This document shows, piece after piece, positions 41,908 through 55,296 of a DNA stretch of 64,000 bases. This stretch comes from Eledone cirrhosa. Taxonomy: Eukaryota. How positions within the stretch are numbered: position 1 is the first letter of the stretch; each line of letters starts with the position of its first letter. The position numbers and the translations under genes were made by a program. Below the pieces are notes generated by a model that saw nothing but the letters and a program-made list of their open reading frames with translations, ran no database searches and was not told where the DNA came from. The stretch covers positions 281,666,001-281,730,000 of the forward strand of contig OZ024740.1 of the NCBI GenBank assembly GCA_964016885.1. Direction: 5' to 3'.

Positions 41908-42960
41908 AATAAAAATGAAAATTCAAACAATGGAAAATTCCCCAATAGGGGGGAAACCTCCGAGGGTTACTCGAGGCGAAAACCACACAAAAGACCACGG
42001 CCACCCTGACCACCAGGGCAAGCGCCCTCTCTCAATGTTTTCCCTATTCCTCAAACTACAAGCGTATATTCAGAGCGGTCCCGTTCACTCGGACCATTCT
42101 CGCTACATTCACCCACTTTTCAACAAACTTGTTAGAAGACAGCACTTGCCTCTCCACCTTGATTTCCCTCTTCAAGTGAAACTTGAAAAAGTTAGTCAGG
42201 GATTCGCCGAAGAGGAAAGTGTCTGTCTTTAACCCTTTCAACCTTGTCCACCACACAATCTCTTTCGCCATGGCCACCAGGCAGATGAAAACTGCCTGCC
42301 CTTCCTCCTCGAAGGAAGACGGCGAGACCATCTGCGCAATGGACTCAGTCGATAATCGGATCGGTCCTACACGCGACAGCAACTATTCGACATAGCTCCA
42401 CAAGTCAGCAATGCTCGGGCACTGAACGAGTGCGTGTACGACGGTTTCATCGCTCTGCGCGCATCTCGGATAGTCTCGGCTGACGGCACTTCCGTGCCTG
42501 TAGAGCTTATCTCGAACCGGCAAAGCTCCCCGGTAGCACTGCCAGGCCAGGGATTTCTGGAAGTTATCCATAGGTCCTGGGCTGAAAGTTCTCCGGAAGA
42601 GAGCAAACAGCTGATCTTCTTCGACGCCTAGAATCTCTCCGAGAACGTCGTCGTTCTTCTCCCTCCACTAGTCCTCTATAGAACGCCGAGATGGATGTTC
42701 CACCGATACTGTTGCCCAGCTGGCAGAGGGCGATGAGCGCCTGGAGACATTCCAGTTTCCAAGCGCTATCCCTCAGTCTTTTCCTGATCCAGGACTGCAG
42801 CTCCGTCAAGGAGACGAGCTGTGGGAAAACATTTCTCTTATATAAAAAAATTAAAATCTTTACACGCACAAAACCCACATCGTACCATCCTGTACCGTCC
42901 TGTGCCGTCTGTAATGTTTTTCTTAATATCAGCCCTTGTGGCCAATAAAGAAATCATTAT
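41903..42960 (-). mobile_element. Tx1/L1-like LINE 3' part with inverted terminal piece
   Basis: Minus 41903-42830 encodes the ORF2 C-terminus (MDNFQKSLAWQCYRG); 42830-42960 is a plus-strand 3' end. Confidence 0.88.
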
Positions 42961-42979
42961 TGTTATTATTGTTGTTCTT

Positions 42980-43720
42980 TAAGTCTCACTGGAAAGTTTG
43001 TTGAAATAAATATCAAGCCGCTACCTGCAGCCTCAGATATTCAGGGCGTATCGGAGGGTTCTTGCTGTTCTCTGCAAGCATGCCTTTTGAAGTGTTCCAA
43101 AAACGGGGCTGGACTAATCTTCTTTAACCATCCTTGGAAACTCTTTGAGATAGTACCTAGTGCGCCTATCACAATCGGGATGACCTTGATTTCGTGGCAG
43201 TTCCAAATCATTTTAAACTCCCACTTTAAATCCTAGTATTGGTTAATTTTCTCCCTCTCTTTTTCTTGCATTCTCTTGTAAAATGGGCAGGCTACATCTA
43301 CAATCAGGCGCGATCTTTTTCCCTTGTCCAAAACCACCAGGTCAGGTCTATTGTGTTCTAATTTCTTGTCCGTCTGTATCCTAAAATCCCATAGCACCTT
43401 CACCTGATCGTTTTCTATCACCGACTCTGGCTTATGCTCATACCACTTCTCAGAATGTGGTAAATTAGTTTGCATAGATGCCAATGGATCACCCTGCCTA
43501 TCATATCATATCTCCAGCCTTTATAGTGAGTCTGAGCTAGGTGTTTACACTCAGATTCAATTTGAGCCACAGTCTCCTCTCTCTCTCTCCACAGATCCTA
43601 CACAGTGAGCCAGCCTCCTCCTTGTCAATATGGTGTTTCACCCACTTCGTTCTGAGGATTTGCTCTTGCACAGCCATTAGCATTCCTTCATAGTACCTTC
43701 TTTAAGAAAACGGAATTTAG
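42980..43720 (-). mobile_element. R4/Dong-clade LINE 3' part (RLE)
   Basis: WYEHKPESVIEND.VKVLWDFRIQTD..LEHNRPDLVV..IVDVACP. Confidence 0.88.
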
Positions 43721-44637
43721 AGATCCACAGACATAGAACTTTTGTTTCATGTGAAACTAGAGATTATAGAGAAGATTCCAGGACTTATATAGCTTCCAAG
43801 TGCGGGTGGAGGGAGCTACAAGTGAAACTATCGTTCTGGCTTCAAGTCATTCTGCTTTCAAATCTTGCCAAGATGCCGATTACAATGAAGTACTTGTCAT
43901 GTATTGTGTTAGATATAATCGACTTTCCCATTCCGTCAAAATTCAGGCCTTTTGCTTGAATTAAAAATCCTTATTAGTGTAATTTTAATTGTGTATTTTT
44001 CTGTCTGGTTACATTAAGTATATTAACTTTTCCTTCGCCCCTAATATTATATGCTTATACTAATGCTTAATAGGTTGGTACTTACGGAAGAATACGAAGA
44101 AGAATACCAACGAATATTCGAAAAATGTATAGGGTATTTAGTTAAGTAGATTATAGCTAGGCTATTGCTACTGTCACTAGACACATACATATATTTGTAT
44201 ATAACCTTTTAGCCTGCTTTATTTATATCTGTACTTCAGTATTTCATTTGAACGTTTCACATTTTCTTTCAAGATTAATATTTGCAATTAAAGCAACTCA
44301 TATCCATTTTGTCATCTATATTTATGCTTATATTTCAAAGTGGAAATAAGAGCTGGACAAGTTTAAAACTGTTGTATCTTTCTATGTAAATTTGAAAATA
44401 CTGAAACGTGTCTAGAGCCCTTATCAACGTAAGACGTAGAAGCCATAATATAGGAATCTGAAGTTCATATTCCATTTTGAAAGGCTTCGAAAGCATGCAA
44501 ATTTAACCCACACAAATATACTGAGTATACATACATACTCACACACACGCACACATACACACGCGCGCATATATATAGCGAGAGAGTGTGTGTGAGAGAG
44601 AGATGGCTAGATAGATGATAGGTAGATAGATAGATAT

Positions 44638-45458
44638 ATTTCTTTTATTTGCCACTAGGGCATCAAAAGTGGGACAAGTACAAAGGGGGGAGTTTACACA
44701 AAAAGGCGTCCTCAATAAGGAGGAGGCAATAACAAAATATAAAAATAAAATAAGATATAACAAAAAATAAAATTTTTAACAAAATCCTCAATAGAGAGGA
44801 GGCGCCTTGGGGGGTCGCACACACCCCCGAAAAAAGTGTGCAACCCTTCTCCTCAGGAGCACAGAGAAGGGGTGCTCCCTTGGTCTTTCATCTTCCTCAC
44901 CTATAGTCTGATGTAGAGTGAAGGCCCATTCACACGGGCCATTCTCGCCACTTTCACCCATCTTTCATAGAAACGGCTGGGGTGCAGCACCTCTCTCTCC
45001 ATCCTGATCCTTCTTCCGAAATGATATCGGAAGAAACGGACCAGTTGTTGGCCAGAGAGAAAGGTGCCCGACCTCAGTCCTTTCAGACGCGTCCACCATA
45101 CAACCTCTTTCGCCATGGCTATTACGCACAGAAACACCGCCTCTGCTTCATCTTTGAAGGGGGGAGGCGGCTTGATCATTACAATAGACTCGGTGGTCAA
45201 CCGGATCGGTCCCACCCTTGACAGCAGTTGTTCGACATAGCCCCACAGATCGGCTACGCCCGAGCAGTGTACTAATGCGTGTGCAACGGTTTCCTCGTCG
45301 CACACGCATCTGGGACAGATCTTTTTGGCGGGGTCCCTACCCGGGCGCCCGTGTCTGTAGAGCCTTTCTCGAACGGGTAAAGCCCCTCGGTAGCACTGCC
45401 AGGCCAGGGACTTCTGGAAGTTGTCCATAGGTCCCGGGCTGAATGTCCTACTGAACAG
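44638..45458 (-). mobile_element. Tx1/L1-like LINE 3' part in (GATA)n
   Basis: ORF2 C-terminus homologous to the 39.7-40.9 kb copy; GATA repeats on both sides. Confidence 0.9.
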
Positions 45459-45459
45459 G

Positions 45460-45531
<72 letters not shown>

Positions 45532-45534
<3 letters not shown>

Positions 45535-45968
45535 ATTTCTTTATTAGCCACAAGGGCACAAAAGAAAGGGACAAATACAAATAGGGAGTTTACATACTGG
45601 TATATGAAAATAAAACTATTAATAAAATAACAAATAACAATTGATATCCCCAATAGGGGGGAGGCGTAACACAGGGGTTGTACACACCCGGAAAAAATGT
45701 ACAACCCTCATCTCCAGGAGCACCAAGAGTGAGTACTCCCTTCCTCTCTTCCTCTTTTTCCTCAACCTACAGGCTTATATAGAGAGAAGGCCCAACCACT
45801 CGGGCCATCTTTGCCACATTCACCCACCTTTTATAAAATTTACTGGGGTACAGCACCTCTCTCTCCATCCTGATTCTTCTTCCAAAATGATATTTGAAAC
45901 AACGAATCAGTTGCTCGCCGGAGAGAAAGGTGTCTGACCTCAGCCCTTTTAACCTCGTCCACCACACA
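45532..45968 (-). mobile_element. second (GATA)n-flanked Tx1/L1-like 3' fragment
   Basis: WWTRLKGLRSDTFLSG..; (GATA)n at 45460-45532 and 45981-46064. Confidence 0.88.
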
Positions 45969-45980
45969 TCTACTATCAAC

Positions 45981-46066
<86 letters not shown>

Positions 46067-48139
46067 GTGATTGTATAAGTTTGAGAAATCGCAGAATAAG
46101 AATAGCACTAAGTTTATACAGTTTGATATCTCTAACAACTACTCTTCGATCTCTACAACTCTTTTAGGTAAGGCCCTAAACTTTGCTAGCTTACACACCG
46201 ACCTTACATCTGAAGAAATTAACATTATTATCCTAGCTAGGAAAACCTTAATTGAGTTCAACGGAGACTTGTGGACTAGGAGAGACTGGCCGGACAATTT
46301 TGACATCACCGTGAGATCCACGGACTCATCCCAGGTGACGGATCTGGTGGGCGTCTACATCCTCGACTGTCTTGGAGGGGAAATGCCCCATTTGGGAGGT
46401 GGGGCTAACCGTGACGACGTTTTGTTTACTGTGTCGTATCATAATAAAAGTATGGTAAAGAGGGTGAGGAAAATACTAAGCAAATTCTTCAACAATATAG
46501 ACATAAGTATAGTGTTTGAGGAAAACCTGAAGATAGTTAATTTTCTAGATGTTACACTTAACCTCAATTCAGGACTCTTCCAACCCTACCACAAACCCAA
46601 CGAGAATTTAAATTATGTCAACGCAAAACCGAACCACCCTAGAATAGTCACTAACGGTATTACAAAAAGCGTCTCTAGTAGAATTTCAGGACTATCTTCC
46701 AATGAAGATACATTCGATAGGATCTCAAATTACTATAATAGCGCCCTGGAACACACGGGGCATAGACAGGGAATCTCATTCAAGCGTCCATTAAATAGTA
46801 GTACCAACATTGCCTGCGATAGCTTAGGCCAAAATAGTGACACTTTAGTTAACAGCAGGCGGGAGGCGAAGGAAGATCAATATAGACTCCATGTTGCATT
46901 GCCTCCTAGTCCCAATGACGACGGTACCAATGAGAATAACCACCCAGATACAAATACGGTGTCCGAGCACCGTACAGCCAGCGGCAACTTTAATTGTAAC
47001 CTTAACTGTAGAGTTGATAAAACAACCGTTGAACGTAAAATAGAACGGAGGTCGGGTAGAGGGAATAGGGATAAATGTAGTAGGCGCATAGTGGATATAA
47101 CCCCGGCTATCGAGGGTAATTCCAATAACTGCACGGGGCGGGGTACACCGCCTCGGAGACTTGGGACGATTCCAAACACCACCTGGACACCTCGGGATAT
47201 CATCGACCCACAGGTAGTTATCAGTTCTAATAGATCAGCAGCAACCAACGAGGCAGGTAATACTAGTATAGATAATAAGAACAAGAGGCATCGGACCAAA
47301 CAAATCTTGTGGTACAACCCCCCATACTCCACCGGCCTGACCACTAGTATAGCTAAGATTTTCTTTAGGGCCTTAGACAAATGCTTCCCTAGATCACACA
47401 AATACTATAAAATATTCAATAGGAATACCATGAAGCTGTCCTACTCCAAACCAGTAATATAGCTCAGAATATAGCTAAGATGAATTATAGTAGACTTAGG
47501 ACAGCCCAGGGCGGGATGAGGCATGGCAGAACTAATGGCAATTTTATGCATTAACGGACTCATGCGCGTGAGGTGAGTCGAGCCACCCCAAACCCTGGGA
47601 ACTTACCCATAGAGCAGACAAGAACTGAGACCCGACACTAGAGGCACCGTGGTTCCTCGGGAACTACCCCAGTCGGTAGCAGAAAATGTAATTGCAGGAA
47701 CACCGCTACTTGCCCCTTGGCTGAGAAATGCCTCACCAAGAACATAGTCTACGACTGTAAGGTCTCCACTTTAGATAGAATGTTCAGGTATGTTGGGGCG
47801 ACTGCCACTGAATTTAAGGATAGATGGTATAATCACTGCCATACCTTTAATAGATTAGATTAAAAAAATAGTACGGCGCTTTCTGAATTAGTCTGGAAGC
47901 TTAAACAACAGAATATAGAACACTCCTTATCCTGGTCCATAGTTTTCTCAGCCCAGCTATATAACGGCAGCACAGGCGTTTGTAATGTATGTATAGCTGA
48001 AACCTTTAATATAATTAGAGGCGGGCCCCCTACTAATAAATAGGAGAGCGGACTTTTTCAACATCTGCCAGCATAGAACCTCGAAAACTTTCCTCGGGAT
48101 TTTTTGGAAAGTAACCTCCCACTTACGCCACCCTTTTTA

Positions 48140-48600
48140 CCTTAGCCATATAGTTCTCTCATTTAGCAAAAAATATTCAATCACACACTCAGGTAGTAGA
48201 CAGCTAAGATCGTTTGTGCACTTACACACTGTACTCGGTATGTTTCCACAGAGTTCTCACAGCTGAGTGCACATTTACCATTACTTTAGAATACCTAGTT
48301 AGTAAATAGTTAGAACAATTACACACTCAGTTAAGACCGATTACGCGCATTCAGCATTACTTTAGAATACCCTAACCATAGAGTTCTCTCAGTTAGTAAA
48401 TAGTTAGACGTATTACACACTCAGTTAAGAACGATTACGCTCTTTATACACAATTCTACACAGTACCAGGTTTCTTTAGACACGGAGTTTTCACAGTTAT
48501 GACCAGTCACGATCTTATCAATTGAATACTTCACTAGGTTTTTGGTTTGTGATCCTCTAACCATGGAGTGCTCACAGTTGCTGAATGGACAATACTACTT
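48140..48600 (+). repeat. degenerate tandem repeats in the PLE 3' UTR
   Basis: Recurrent CCATAGAGTTCTC.CAGTT, TTACACACTCAGTTAAG and CATTACTTTAGAATACC blocks. Confidence 0.7.
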
Positions 48601-49300
48601 ACATGCCATCAATGGGCTTACACACATCCCCGGGGTTTTGTTATTTTATTTTATTTTGAGTTGGGTAACACTCCTCCATCACTCAAACACTTATCTTAAA
48701 AGCCCGAGGGCCCATATGACGGGAAAATGCACACACTGACACCTTAACTCAAATACCCAACTCTACATGGAGAGTTCGATACGAACTGAATACTTGCTCT
48801 ACACATGGATCAAAACATACACTATTTAGACGATACGGATGTTACAATTCAATCGATACACGTATAGCAGAACGTTGAACGGAATTTACTTGCGTGTGTA
48901 TAGGGTTGTGGTTGACCCAAATTTTCTGATTTACATCGTTACAATTGAGATTTGACCAATATAACATTTGTTGTTTTGTAACCTAACTTTCGGTGCATAC
49001 TGTGTTGGTGTATATATTTTTTTCTCTGACCTCGCGTCGGTGTGTGTGAGTGTGTGTGTACTCACTCACACTAATTGTGACCGACCGAAATTCTACAGAT
49101 TTGATGCTGAGGTTAGACCTGTCCAGCGTCTTTTACAGCTATTGAGAGATAGAGACTTGATATATTTATGACCCTGATTGAAGACGATAGCAGTTGGCGT
49201 GTTTTGGCTGCTGAATCTTCATATGGGGAACAAAACTCTAGTGAGTGAACATCGTTAGTTTTTCCTCCCTCATATCAAAGATTTGAAGACATTTGATTAT

Positions 49301-49374
49301 TCACCTGATGAGATCAGTGATAATCGATCATGACCACACGATCGATCTATCTCTTATTGAAACATGTGTCGTGA
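49301..49374 (+). ncRNA. type I hammerhead ribozyme at the PLE 3' end
   Basis: TCAC-CTGATGA-..ATCGATC/GATCGAT..-GAAA-C-ATGT-G-TC-GTGA. Confidence 0.8.
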
Positions 49375-49420
49375 TTAAAATGATTGGAAATTTATACCAT
49401 GCCTTCGGATCTTTATTTTG

Positions 49421-49445
<25 letters not shown>

Positions 49446-49452
<7 letters not shown>

Positions 49453-51900
49453 GTGAGGTTTTTTTTACAAAATGAAAAATAACCGAGGTGTCCTACACGA
49501 GTGAAAGTATAAAGAAAAAAAGATGAAATCGAAAATGCAACTGGATTCTTATTTTTTTTTAAATATATATATTTATTTGGTTCCTTTACCGGTTTCGCAG
49601 TTCTTCGGCTTTTCAAAAGTAGAGTTGAGATGGAGGGTCTGTGGTTTTTCTCACATCTGGTTGGTCTCTGAATGTTACTTGTTTTATATGGAAAAAGTGG
49701 CTCGAAATGCCAGGTTTTTCGAGAAGTAATTTGATTGGTTGGTCAATAATTATAATAAATATCGCGCCAGTTCGCGTTACAGAGTTCTTCAAACAAGGGG
49801 GGGTCGGTTGTCACAGGTTGTTTTTTCATATATGAGTGTTTGAATTTCTTTTTACTTAAAAAAAGGGGGGCTCACGAGGGCTTTTTTTAAATAAACATAA
49901 TTTGATTGGTTATAAATGAAATTATGGCTGTCACGTGAACAAGTTTTTATGAAATTTCCGCGCCCTTATTTGGAAATTCATTCTGTAGCCTTTTTAGAGA
50001 ATTTGATGACAAGTAAAAGATAATGGTCAAGAGAAATTGGATGGGAGAATTGTTCTGGTTCAGTGAATATGGTTAGTTCGCTGGGGTGTCAGAATTCAGA
50101 TTTTCTATTGAATAAAAAAGGTAAAGATATGTATGTTTATTTGTGTGTTTGTGTGTGTGTGTGTTGTGTGTGTTTGAATTTCTTTCGAGTAGAATTTCCT
50201 TTAATTCTTGAAGTCTTTTATTTCGCGTTTCATAATTGGAGACAATTGTGCAAATTCTTCTTGCTAGGTTAAAAGGAATTCTTCTTGCTAGGTTCGTCTT
50301 CGTGTGCTTTGGATGGTTGGAGGTGAATAGCAGGTATTGTTTGGAATCTGTTGGTTTGTAGTGTATGTCAGTTTCAATATTTGTGTCTTTTTTTAAGATT
50401 AAGATGTCCAGAAATGGGAGTTGATGTTGGTTGTATTCCATTGTGAATTGGATGTGGTTATTGATGCCGTTTATTAAGTTTTTGAAATCCTTCAGTTGGT
50501 CGAGTGTGTGGGACCAAAGAATGAGACAATCATCCAAGTAGCGTTTCCAATTCTCTGATAAATATTTGTGGAAGTTCAATCCGTATTTTGATTTGGACTG
50601 TTCATATATCTGGACTTCTAAGTATGCCATGACTAAGTTGGCATAAGTTGGAACGGCTTTTGTACCCATCGCAGTCCCCGATATTTGCTTGTAAGTACTG
50701 CCATCGAAATCAAAAAAGTTGTTCAGTAAGATGAATTTTAATCCCTCGGTGATGAAGCTTTTTTCAATTCTGTCAGGTATCTCATTGGGATATTTCTCTA
50801 GCCAGAATCCTATTGCTTCTAGTCCGTATTGGTGTAGGATCGTTGTGTAGAGATTCACTACACCGAAAGACACAATAATAGTGTCGTTGTTGACATGTTT
50901 GGGGAGGTGGTTTAAGAGGTCCAGATCGTCTCTTACAAGGCTTGGTATGTGTTTGAGAATTGGTTTTAGTAGTATGTCTATAAAGTTGCTCAGTCTGTGT
51001 GTTTCGCATTGTGGGCCCGCTACAATTGGTCTTAATTTAAGGTCTGTGGGGTATTGTGTGTTCACGCAGGCTGAGGTGGATTGTTTACAGGCATCGTTAA
51101 TTATTTTACATTTGTGGATCTTCGGAAGTCCGTAAAGGTTGCTGGTTTTGTATTCAAAATGTGTTAAATAATCGCGTTCCTTTTTAGTTAGGTCTTCCTG
51201 GTATCGATAAATCAGTGTGTTTAATCTGGTCATTGTTTTTTATTGATGGTAGTTTTTTACTCTTTCATAGTAATTAGTATTTTGTAAAAGAGAGAACATA
51301 GAATTTTATATTTTTCAGCCTCCATAATGACAACAGTACTTCCCTTGTCCGCTTCCTTAATTATAATGTCCGTATTGTTTTTTAGTTCATAGATAATCTC
51401 CCATTCCCTTCGACTCGTGTTGGGTTTGGGTTTAGGTTGCGGTAGTTCATGGTATGGGAAAGTAGCTATGTGGTCACAAAATTTGTCCAGAACTCTGTTT
51501 CTACCTTTTGTTGGGTTGTAGCTGCTTTTATTCCGTACAATTGATTCGTCGTTATTCTCCTTGTCAAAGAATTCCTCTGTGAGACGTAATTTTCTACAGA
51601 AGTGTGAGATATCGTCATTTATCTCATTGGGGTTAGAGTATTGTGGTGTTGGTGTGAATTTCAGTCCTTTGGAGAGAATTTTTACTTGTTGGGCTGAGAG
51701 GTTTGTATTTGAAAGGTTAATTATTTTCGGTTTTTCAAAATCGGTTTGTGCCAACGGGTGTCTTGGGTCCTGTAGCCTTGGTCTAAAAAATGATTTTTCT
51801 GGAATGTTTTTTCAATGGTATTATTATATCTAATGGTATTTCCCCTGTTGTTGTGTGGTCTTGTATAGAATTTTCGGACGTATTGAGGTTCGGTTTGTTG
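49446..51900 (-). mobile_element. Neptune-like Penelope element, internally deleted
   Basis: IINLS..LSKGLKFTPTP, IIKEADKG, YGLPKIHK, LRPIV, GTAMG, WKRYLDDC, LPFLDI, YKPTD; most of the GIY-YIG domain lost at the (TG)n near 50150; (TA)n flanks. Confidence 0.92.
49583..49620 (-). ncRNA. minimal HHR with U3-A8 core at the PLE 3' end
   Basis: CTT-TTGAAAA-GC..GC-GAAA-CCGG-TA-AAG. Confidence 0.65.
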
Positions 51901-51987
51901 ATATATATATATATATAAAATAAATAAAATAAAATAAAATAAAATAAAATAAATAAGTCAAATGCTTAAAATGTGGCTTCGATTATT

Positions 51988-52042
51988 ACTGCTATATATA
52001 TTTCGGTGACAGCCATCTTTGGCTGTGGCCTCTTCAGGCAGT
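51988..52042 (-). ncRNA. type I hammerhead ribozyme
   Basis: ACTGC-CTGAAGA-GG..ACAGCC/GGCTGT..CC-GAAA-T-ATAT-A-TA-GCAGT; canonical core. Confidence 0.85.
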
Positions 52043-52147
52043 CCGAATTAGTGTGGTAGAGACGAGTACACATGTTTTTGAGGTGTTTAATTTTGTCAAT
52101 ACTCTGATATGCCCAGTTCCTGGTTGTTATTTCACTGAGGATCTGGA

Positions 52148-52184
<37 letters not shown>

Positions 52185-52218
52185 GTTTAGATTGATATCC
52201 AGGGATTTCGATGTTGTT

Positions 52219-53010
<792 letters not shown>

Positions 53011-53017
<7 letters not shown>

Positions 53018-53420
53018 TACCAGATTAAAGATTAAGCTAAGAATTGCTGCTTTCACCCTTAACGGTCAATTTTGGCTTGTAAACATAAATTTCACAAAAC
53101 TTTCCTGTATTACAGCCCCACATTATATCCTAACGGATAGTACGAACTATACGCGGATATTTTACGTCTTGATGTGGTAGCTAAGTATATGTTATGTGTA
53201 TACCATTACTTATTTGTATAGGTAAGTATATATTACCTGTATGTTTTGTGAAGGGAACGTTTCCACGAACCAAAGTATCGTCTTCCTGTCTTCCTTCGGT
53301 TGCAACGTGTTTCGAAATATTTACTTCTGCGTTCAGAGATTGATTTTTTTAGGTTCAGAAGATCTCGGTAAGGGTGAAAGCAGCGATTCTTTGCTTAAAC
53401 TTTAATCTGTTATTTTAATA
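53011..53420. repeat. cassette with ~55-bp inverted ends next to (TA)n
   Basis: 53011-53065 pairs with ~53365-53419. Confidence 0.75.
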
Positions 53421-53523
53421 AATTATTTCTCTACGGTTCTTATATATTTGATATATATTTATCCTTATCGAGCCGTCTTTGGATTTAGTCTTCAAATTTA
53501 TTATTATTACTATATATAAATAT

Positions 53524-53840
53524 AAAACAAATAGTAGAAAGGAAAAAGATTTTTTCTGTAGAAAATGTTGAAGAGATATTTTTGGTGAAATTTCAAACCA
53601 TCAATTTATTTACTATACCGGTTTTAGCATGAAATGCATTATTTAATAATTGTTATTATCATTGCTTTTCACTATTTGTACAAATATGCAACTTAACAAT
53701 ATTCTGCATATCCGCAATTGAAAATGCATTTAATGCTGAAACCGGTGTTGTAAATAAATTAATGTTTTGAAATTTCCTCCAAAATATCTCTTCAACATTT
53801 TCTACAGAAAAAATATTTTTCCTTTCTACTATTTGTTTTT
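53524..53840. repeat. fold-back with ~115-bp arms
   Basis: 53524-53640 pairs with 53722-53839; arm contains GAAA-CCGG-T. Confidence 0.85.
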
Positions 53841-53887
53841 TATATATATCAACGCGTGTGTTACCTTTCTACATTCGATATATATAT

Positions 53888-54100
53888 ATAAACGTTTGTA
53901 TTTGTAAAGCCAAAACAATGCAGGTATGGATATAGAATATAAATGCAAATGCAAAAGATATTGTTGACAATTAGTCTTTTACCTTAAATTTATTTAAATA
54001 TCCTTTTAGGATATTTAAATAAATTTAAGGTAAAACATAATAAACAAATAGAAACGTTTATACCTTATTACACAATGCTTCAAGTGAACTATAACTTCAT
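53888..54100. repeat. shorter fold-back of the same family as 52495-52930
   Basis: Same left arm and same tail ATTACACAATGCTTCAAGTGAACTATAAC; turn point at ~54004. Confidence 0.85.
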
Positions 54101-54899
54101 ATATATATCAGTTTGGCTTTTATTCCAGTGCTTCTTAACCTGTTTTGTGAATTTTCTTGTCGACTCCCGCTCTATTCAGTCTTTTTCGAGTATTAGCCAT
54201 GTACCGGTTTGTCTTACTATAGCTTTAGCAGCACATTCTGGAAATTTGGTTCCAATTTGTATTTTTATCTTTTTCGCAGTTTCTGTAGCTGTTTTTCATT
54301 TTCCTCATAAATATCTATCAATTCACTTTCTATTTTGAATTTCTTGTAGAAAACAATTTGCATGATTTGATCATGTTTCATGTATTTTGTATTAACTGAC
54401 CGGTATTGTTTTCGAGGTAGGTATAATATTTCTACTTAATTATTTTTCTTGTTTTTGTTGCTAGTCTTTTCGTATCCAGTTCAGTACGCTGAAACTGTAG
54501 CTTATACCTGCGGTCGCTAGAATATTAATGTCAATTACCTTATTCTTTGCATTTAGTTCTCTCTTAAGTAGTAATCTAATCCGTCTATAATAAATCTTTC
54601 TAATATTTTGTTTCATCTGAGTGTATTGAATGCCATATAGTTAATTGAGTCCTAAGTATCTCTATGTCTATATTTGATTTAATTCTCTCATCTCAGTTTT
54701 TCACTTATCTCAGGTTTTCTCTTATCTCAGATTTTTACTAGTTTTCCTCTCTTCATATTTGCTTTGGCACATTTTTCTAGTCAAAATTTCATGCCTGTTT
54801 TATTTGTGCGACTTCATGTAGTGTCTGCAGCAATGTTTTTCACGTTGTCTCTCATCTGTAGCGTACAACTTAAGATTGTCTATGTAAAAGGTGTGGGTA

Positions 54900-55161
54900 T
54901 GGTGTGGTGTGCGGTGGCCGGAAGCTGGGGAGTGCTCGACCGGAAGAGTGCTTGACTAGAAGGGTGCTTGACCGGAAGGGTGCTCGAGCGGAAGGGCCAG
55001 CAGATCGGTCTCTCTCTAGTGGTGATCAGAAACGTGGTGGACGTGAGTTTGGCAGCTCCCGGGTATTAATGAGTTGGACGTACGTGGAAGAGGAGAAACC
55101 AGCCATGGGATTTAGCGGCGCCTATGAAAAGCGGTAAGTGAGATAGCTTTTTCTAACCACA
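54900..55161 (+). repeat. 5' LTR
   Basis: Direct repeat of 58389-58635. Confidence 0.92.
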
Positions 55162-55296
55162 AGCTATTTCGGCACTGGAAACTGAGATCTGATTGCAGGA
55201 AAAAAAAAAAAAACTTTCTCGAAAACAAATCTACTGGAAAAACAGAGAGGAGTCTGTTGTTTTTTTTTTATTACGTACCGCAAGACAAATTAGGAT

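Larger units (their letters stand above)
46066..49420 (+). mobile_element. Naiad-like Penelope element, 5'-truncated (RT, GIY-YIG, 3' UTR, HHR)
   Basis: FIQFDI..YSSI, FDIT..S.D..QV.DLVG.YIL, RDD, NFLDVTLNL, WYNPPYS, KIFNRNTMKLSYS; then CNCRNTATCPLAEKCL..IVY..YVGAT..FKDRWYNH from ~47685; ends at (TA)n. Confidence 0.9.

Noticed and set aside
47680-48100. Selenocysteine-encoding Naiad
   Set aside because: Cys codons read are TGT/TGC and the interrupting stop near 47861 is TAA; no UGA-for-Cys seen
48140-48600. CRISPR-like repeat array
   Set aside because: Repeats are irregular and degenerate, spacers are not unique, and the context is a eukaryotic PLE UTR
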